From NCBI GenBank assembly GCA_964016885.1, contig OZ024752.1, positions 36,704,001 to 36,768,000 of the forward strand: a DNA stretch of 64,000 nucleotides. The letters run 5' to 3'. The notes beneath the pieces were generated by a model. The model did not search any database. It was not told where the DNA came from and worked only from the letters and a program-made list of their open reading frames with translations. This DNA comes from Eledone cirrhosa (taxonomy: Eukaryota). Below, piece after piece: positions 57,397-64,000 of the stretch (within the stretch, counting starts at the first letter, position 1; each line of letters opens with the position of its first letter). A program made the position numbers and the translations under genes.

Positions 57397-57981
57397 ATAC
57401 AATGACAGAGATAGTTTAAAGCTAAACTCTGACTGGTAACCATCTCACTCAACAAACATTAGGTTATATTTAAATATAAACCCAATTTAAGTGTTTGGGG
57501 TGCTAACAATATGTATAATGTGGACAAACCAGTTGTATTATTTTATGAGATATAATTAAAGTTAAAGTATATCTCTCTTTCCAAACAATTGTTTCATTAT
57601 AAGTTTTCTACAAGTTGGGAGAATATTTCCAGTTTATGTAGAAGCCTAATATATATTCATGTAAGAATATATTTAGGTAGGCGTTTATAAATCATCAGTG
57701 GAAGCTCAATAAACTTTGATATAAGAAAGAAATTCTTACCGCAGTCAAAAATCGTGTCTGTTAAGTTGCTCCCTCTCGCCTCGAATGACCGCCAAATTTG
57801 AAATTCCAGCAGTTTTTGACTGAGGAAGTATCATAGCGACACGAAGCGGGAAGGGGAGACAACTACGATCCACGAAAGGAGGAAAAAAATAATATACACG
57901 CGGGTTAATTAGTTTTTTCGAAAACATTATCAATCCAACGTGTTAAGAACTCAATTGAAAATAAAAAAAATAAATATATGC

Positions 57982-58018
<37 letters not shown>

Positions 58019-58155
58019 CGTTTGACAAGATTATCTACGTTTCAATCTGATAACAGATGCTCTATGTTCATTGGTCAGAAGGGATAATAGTATTGTCACG
58101 ACTGAATATGAATATTAAAGGCGTTAGTCTTCATCACCATATTTACAAAAAGAGA

Positions 58156-58221
<66 letters not shown>

Positions 58222-59074
58222 GTGTGTGTGTGTGCGTGTGTAGTGTTGACAAACGAAGATTGATCAAAGTTTATTTCACCATCTTGTCTCGTTTTCTAAT
58301 CCTCTGGCTTTACTCTTTTAACATCAGATGTCTTTCTTATCTTTCTTATCTTTCTTCTTCTTTCATCCCCCTCCCCTCTCTCTCTCTCTCTTTCTCTCTA
58401 CCCCCCCCCCCCCCCTCTCCCTCTCGCGCTCTCTCAGTCTTTCTTTCAGTCCTAAATATAATAAATTTCAGATATGATAATGATAATGATAATGATAATG
58501 ATAATGATAATATGAAGCAATAAAAATAAAATAAAGAAAGTAAAACCTAAAATAAAACGAGTCAGAGAAATTTGTGCAGCTTAATTACTTACAGTGGGAA
58601 GACGAACATAAAATAGATGACTAACGATATGATATGTGTCATTTATCTTGTTTTCCTTCTGATAAAAGATGGCGGCAATATAGAGGAGAGTCGAAACAGA
58701 ATTAGTTACGCATAACAGTGTCAATATTTACTAAGATAATTGAGACTGAGCTGTATTGTAATTTGCTAATAATAAACTAATTTCTTTTTTTATTTTTAAT
58801 GAATATCAATCAATATATACACATGTAAGAATTACGTAAATAATAATATGCCAAAGGTAAATAAAATAAATATTTTAATTAAAATAAAGGAGCCCTGAAA
58901 GCAATGTTAAATTAAGTCTTTCACGGGGGTTAATTCCTCTTCCGGTTGAGAGATAATTCTTTCCTTTCCATGGATAAGCTGCTAAACGTAAAGACATCTT
59001 AAAGGATTAATTTCGGCTGTATGTATTAAATTAAATTTAAAGGTTTCCATCATCATTTTTATATAAGAAAATAT

Positions 59075-59321
59075 CATGTAGTTAGAATGTCTCAGAAAAG
59101 AATCGCTGGACCGACTTTACGGGCAAAATCAACCGACAGGAAACCCAGGGGGGTAGACTCCGAGCAAGATGGTTGGATAACATCTATGAGCTCGGCTGGT
59201 GTCACTTGGGGGATCCAGCCGGAACAGTTGAAGACAGTTGCTTCTGACTGGACTCGCTGGAAGGAGTGTTTGAGGAATCTGCTCCCACGAACCTCTCAGA
59301 AATAAGTGGGCGAAGAAGAAG

Positions 59322-59350
<29 letters not shown>
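59075..59350 (+). pseudogene. RTE 3' fragment with (GAA)n tail
   Basis: HVVRMSQKRIAGPTLRAKSTDRKPRG...IQPEQLKTVASDWTRWKECLRNLLPR. Confidence 0.85.
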
Positions 59351-59352
<2 letters not shown>

Positions 59353-60347
59353 CTGCCACCCTGATATGTCGTCTGCCTCATGGTCCCGACCGATAGGTTA
59401 GAGAAGAAGATATAACCCGCTAAACTACTAACTGTTACTGGTGGAGTGGTATCGTCTGCTAGGAAGATTTTGAACTATATCATTCTATGGTAACTATTTT
59501 GCTACTGATTTCCGCCGTAAAGTCAGAAAGATGGCGGCACACCTGAGGAGAGGGGAGCTCTGTGAAATGGAGTGGCTATTGTAGCGGGTGTCTCTGGCCA
59601 TTCTCTGCCGTAACGCTTTTGCCATTTTGTCCGTGGGGTGCGGCTGAGGTACCGTTCAGACTAGTGTGTAATAACTGTCCCTCATCCTCTCCCTTTCTTT
59701 CGCTGCTTGATCCTTCTTTCTTTTTCTCCTTTAGTTTTCCATTTTCTTTCTTTTTTTCTTCTTCTTCCCTGTCTGTTCTCTTTAATAGCATGTCTTGTTT
59801 TTATTAGCTACTACATAATTATTTTTATATATAATGTCAATGACCTTTCATGACATTGTGAGATTTTGTATATCGAATGAATTATACTCTTGATAGATCT
59901 CTTCAAAGAAAGAAAATAGTTGCTAAACTATTAACTATTACTAGGGGAATGGCATCGCCTGTTTGGAAGATTTGAACTATATCATTCGATGATATCTACT
60001 TACAACTAGATGAGGGATGTTGGTTTTATATACACAGAATAGTGTCAGCTACAAAATATAAATCGCCTCAGCGGGTTTTCTGCTACCTTCTCTACTTAAA
60101 TACGTTTATTTCCGGTGTCAAATATATTTGTTATATAGATTTGTTTCTCCCATAAAAAAAAAAAAACTGTCTTTCGCAGAGTCGCTAGAGCGTCGGACAT
60201 GTTTTGTGGTATGTAGTTACGGTTCCTTATGTTCTAAGTTCAAATCTCGCCGAGGTTAGATTTGCCTTATATATATATATATATATATATACGTATATAT
60301 ATATATATATATATATATACGTATATATATATATATATATATATACG

Positions 60348-60394
<47 letters not shown>

Positions 60395-60826
60395 AGTAAC
60401 ACAGCAGTTAGTTCACCATACCGAGAACAATTGTTTCACCTTATGCGGATTATGCGGATCTTCAGCTCGGACTGGTCATATATATATAGAGAGAGAGAGA
60501 GAAGTAGTTCCACAACTAACTGTTGTGGAACTACTTCTACCAACAAACTCATCCCATAGACTGAGTGCTCTACTATTATATATATATATATATATATAGT
60601 TATGTAATAAACATGTAATAAACAACATAAGATAATTATTTCATTTGCCAGTGGTTTCTTGAAAGCAAACAAATCTGCTTTTAGTCATCAGAATGAAAAC
60701 ATCCTGGTGTTTTTATTGAATGTGGATTTGAAAACCTATTAAGCTCTGTAACCTACATAGAGCACTCTGTTTTCCTGGACCTTTCCGACGGAATTACTTC
60801 ATTTACACACACACACACACGCGCGG

Positions 60827-60898
<72 letters not shown>

Positions 60899-60899
60899 G

Positions 60900-61162
60900 A
60901 ATGAAGTAATTCCGTCGGAAAGGTACAAGAAAAAAGAATGCTCTATGTAGGCTACAGAGATTATTAGTTATGTAATAAACAACATAAGATAATTATTTCA
61001 TTTACCAGTGGTTTCTTGAAAGCAGATATATCTGTTTTCAATCGTCAGAATGAATAAAACACCATGTTTTATTCATTCTGACGACTGAAAACAGATATAT
61101 CTGCTTTCAAGAAACCACTGGTAAATGTAATAATTATCTTATGTTGTTTATTACATAACTAA
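60900..61162. ncRNA. Family J fold-back with back-to-back hammerheads (minus 60997-61054, plus 61072-61129)
   Basis: Centre aaaac-accat-gtttt; both arms carry the private stem II cagatatatctg. Confidence 0.9.
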
Positions 61163-61167
61163 TATAT

Positions 61168-61199
<32 letters not shown>

Positions 61200-61328
61200 A
61201 TAGTAGAACACTGGAGAGTTATATCTGTAGTAGTAGAGCACTCAGTCCATGGGACGAGTTTGGTAGAAGTAGTTGAACAACAGTTAGTTGTGGAACTACT
61301 CTTTCTCTCTCTCTATATATATATATAT

Positions 61329-61570
61329 CTTCTTCGCCCACATATTCTTGAGAGGGTCGTGGCGGGACAGAGTCCTCAAATACATCCTCCAGCGGGCCCT
61401 GCCAGAAGCAACCGTCTCCAATCGATCTGGCTGAATCTCCAAGCGAGACCAGCCGAGCTCATGGATGTTATCCAACCATCCTGCTTCAAGTCTACCTCTG
61501 TGTCTCCTATCGGTTGGTTTTGCCCATAAAATCCGTCCAGCGATTCTTTCCTGAGACATTCTAACCACAT
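61329..61570 (-). pseudogene. RTE 3' fragment
   Basis: VVRMSQERIAGRILWAKPTDRRHRGRLEAGWLDNIHELGWSRLEIQP. Confidence 0.85.
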
Positions 61571-64000
61571 TCTAACTGAGTCTCTTGTCGATTTATTTTA
61601 CCCGTAAAATCCGTCCAGCGATTCTTTCCTGAGACATTCTAACCACATTCTAACTGAGTCTCTTGTCGATTTATTTTACCCGTAAAATCCGTCCAGCGAT
61701 TCTTTCCTGAGACATTCTAACCACATTCTAACTGAGTCTCTTGTCGATTTATTTTACCCGTAAAATCCGTCCAGCGATTCTTTCCTGAGACATTCTAACC
61801 ACATTCTAACTGAGTCTCTTGTCGATTTATTTTACCCGTAAAATCCGTCCAGCGATTCTTTCCTGAGACATTCTAACCACATTCTAACTGAGTCTCTTGT
61901 CGATTTATTTTACCCGTAAAATCCGTCCAGCGATTCTTTCCTGAGACATTCTAACCACATTCTAACTGAGTCTCTTGTCGATTTATTTTACCCGTAAAAT
62001 CCGTCCAGCGATTCTTTCCTGAGACATTCTAACCACATTCTAACTGAGTCTCTTGTCGATTTATTTTACCCGTAAAATCCGTCCAGCGATTCTTTCCTGA
62101 GACATTCTAACCACATTCTAACTGAGTCTCTTGTCGGTTTATTTTACCCGTAAAATCCGTCCAGCGATTCTTTCCTGAGACATTCTAACCACATTCTAAC
62201 TGAGTCTCTTGTCGGTTTATTTTACCCGTAAAATCTGTCCAGCGATTCTTTCCTGAGACATTCTAACCACATTCTAACTGAGTCTCTTGTCGGTTTATTT
62301 TACCCGTAAAATCCGTCCAGCGATTCTTTCCTGAGACATTCTAACCACATTCTAACTGAGTCTCTTGTCGATTTATTTTACCCGTAAAATCCGTCCAGCG
62401 ATTCTTTCCTGAGACATTCTAACCACATTCTAACTGAGTCTCTTGTCGGTTTATTTTACCCGTAAAATCCGTCCAGCGATTCTTTCCTGAGACATTCTAA
62501 CCACATTCTAACTGAGTCTCTTGTCGGTTTATTTTACCCGTAAAATCTGTCCAGCGATTCTTTCCTGAGACATTCTAACCACATTCTAACTGAGTCTCTT
62601 GTCGGTTTATTTTACCCGTAAAATCCGTCCAGCGATTCTTTCCTGAGACATTCTAACCACATTCTAACTGAGTCTCTTGTCGGTTTATTTTACCCGTAAA
62701 ATCCGTCCAGCGATTCTTTCCTGAGACATTCTAACCACATTCTAACTGAGTCTCTTGTCAGTTTATTTTACCCGTAAAATCCGTCCAGCGATTCTTTCCT
62801 GAGACATTCTAACCACATTCTAACTGAGTCTCTTGTCGATTTATTTTACCCGTAAAATCTGTCCAGCGATTCTTTCCTGAGACATTCTAATCACATTCTA
62901 ACTGAGTCTCTTGTCGATTTATTTTACCCGTAAAATCTGTCCAGCGATTCTTTCCTGAGACATTCTAATCACATTCTAACTGAGTCTCTTGTCGATTTAT
63001 TTTACCCGTAAAATCCGTCCAGCGATTCTTTCCTGAGACATTCTAACCACATTCTAACTGAGTCTCTTGTCGATTTATTTTACCCGTAAAATCCGTCCAG
63101 CGATTCTTTCCTGAGACATTCTAACCACATTCTAACTGAGTCTCTTGTCGGTTTATTTTACCCGTAAAATCCGTCCAGCGATTCTTTCCTGAGACATTCT
63201 AATCACATTCTAACTGAGTCTCTTGTCGATTTATTTTACCCGTAAAATCCGTCCAGCGATTCTTTCCTGAGACATTCTAACCACATTCTAACTGAGTCTC
63301 TTGTCGATTTATTTTACCCGTAAAATCCGTCCAGCGATTCTTTCCTGAGACATTCTAACCACATTCTAACTGAGTCTCTTGTCGATTTATTTTACCCGTA
63401 AAATCCGTCCAGCGATTCTTTCCTGAGACATTCTAACCACATTCTAACTGAGTCTCTTGTCGGTTTATTTTACCCGTAAAATCCGTCCAGCGATTCTTTC
63501 CTGAGACATTCTAACCACATTCTAACTGAGTCTCTTGTCGGTTTATTTTACCCGTAAAATCTGTCCAGCGATTCTTTCCTGAGACATTCTAACCACATTC
63601 TAACTGAGTCTCTTGTCGGTTTATTTTACCCGTAAAATCCGTCCAGCGATTCTTTCCTGAGACATTCTAACCACATTCTAACTGAGTCTCTTGTCGGTTT
63701 ATTTTACCCGTAAAATCTGTCCAGCGATTCTTTCCTGAGACATTCTAACCACATTCTAACTGAGTCTCTTGTCGGTTTATTTTACCCGTAAAATCCGTCC
63801 AGCGATTCTTTCCTGAGACATTCTAACCACATTCTAACTGAGTCTCTTGTCGGTTTATTTTACCCGTAAAATCCGTCCAGCGATTCTTTCCTGAGACATT
63901 CTAACCACATTCTAACTGAGTCTCTTGTCAGTTTATTTTACCCGTAAAATCCGTCCAGCGATTCTTTCCTGAGACATTCTAACCACATTCTAACTGAGTC
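61522..64000. repeat. 78-bp satellite, about 32 near-identical units, running off the window
   Basis: cccgtaaaatccgtccagcgattctttcctgagacattctaaccacattctaactgagtctcttgtcgatttatttta at 61601, 61679 and onward. Confidence 0.97.

Noticed and set aside
61522-64000. CRISPR array
   Set aside because: Whole units are near-identical, there are no unique spacers and no cas genes, and the context is eukaryotic.

Overview
AT-rich, microsatellite-saturated animal DNA. The SINE and MITE repertoire suggests an octopod cephalopod; this is an inference, not a database result. I cannot support any host protein-coding gene: almost every supplied ORF is translated (TA)n, (CA)n, (TACA)n or (GA)n, and the few real peptide remnants are C-terminal ends of RTE and Tx1-like LINEs. 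The window starts with a ~93-96 bp satellite that has a 671-bp higher-order period and ends with a 78-bp satellite seeded from a LINE fragment. In between are tRNA-derived SINEs, Tc1/mariner, hAT and piggyBac MITEs, a 200-N gap, and a U6 snRNA retrocopy fused to a retroelement tail. The main signal is a dense set of short (~150-450 bp) non-coding elements inserted in (TA)n tracts. At least 13 families, mostly unrelated in sequence, fold by eye into type I hammerhead ribozymes (HHR: stem I-CUGANGA-stem II-GAAA-stem III-NUH-stem I), as in Penelope pLTRs and non-LTR retrozymes. Many copies are snap-back palindromes whose two arms share private mutations and end at TA microhomologies. A tRNA-containing element with no hammerhead shows the same insertion signature. 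All folding was done by hand and no activity has been tested.
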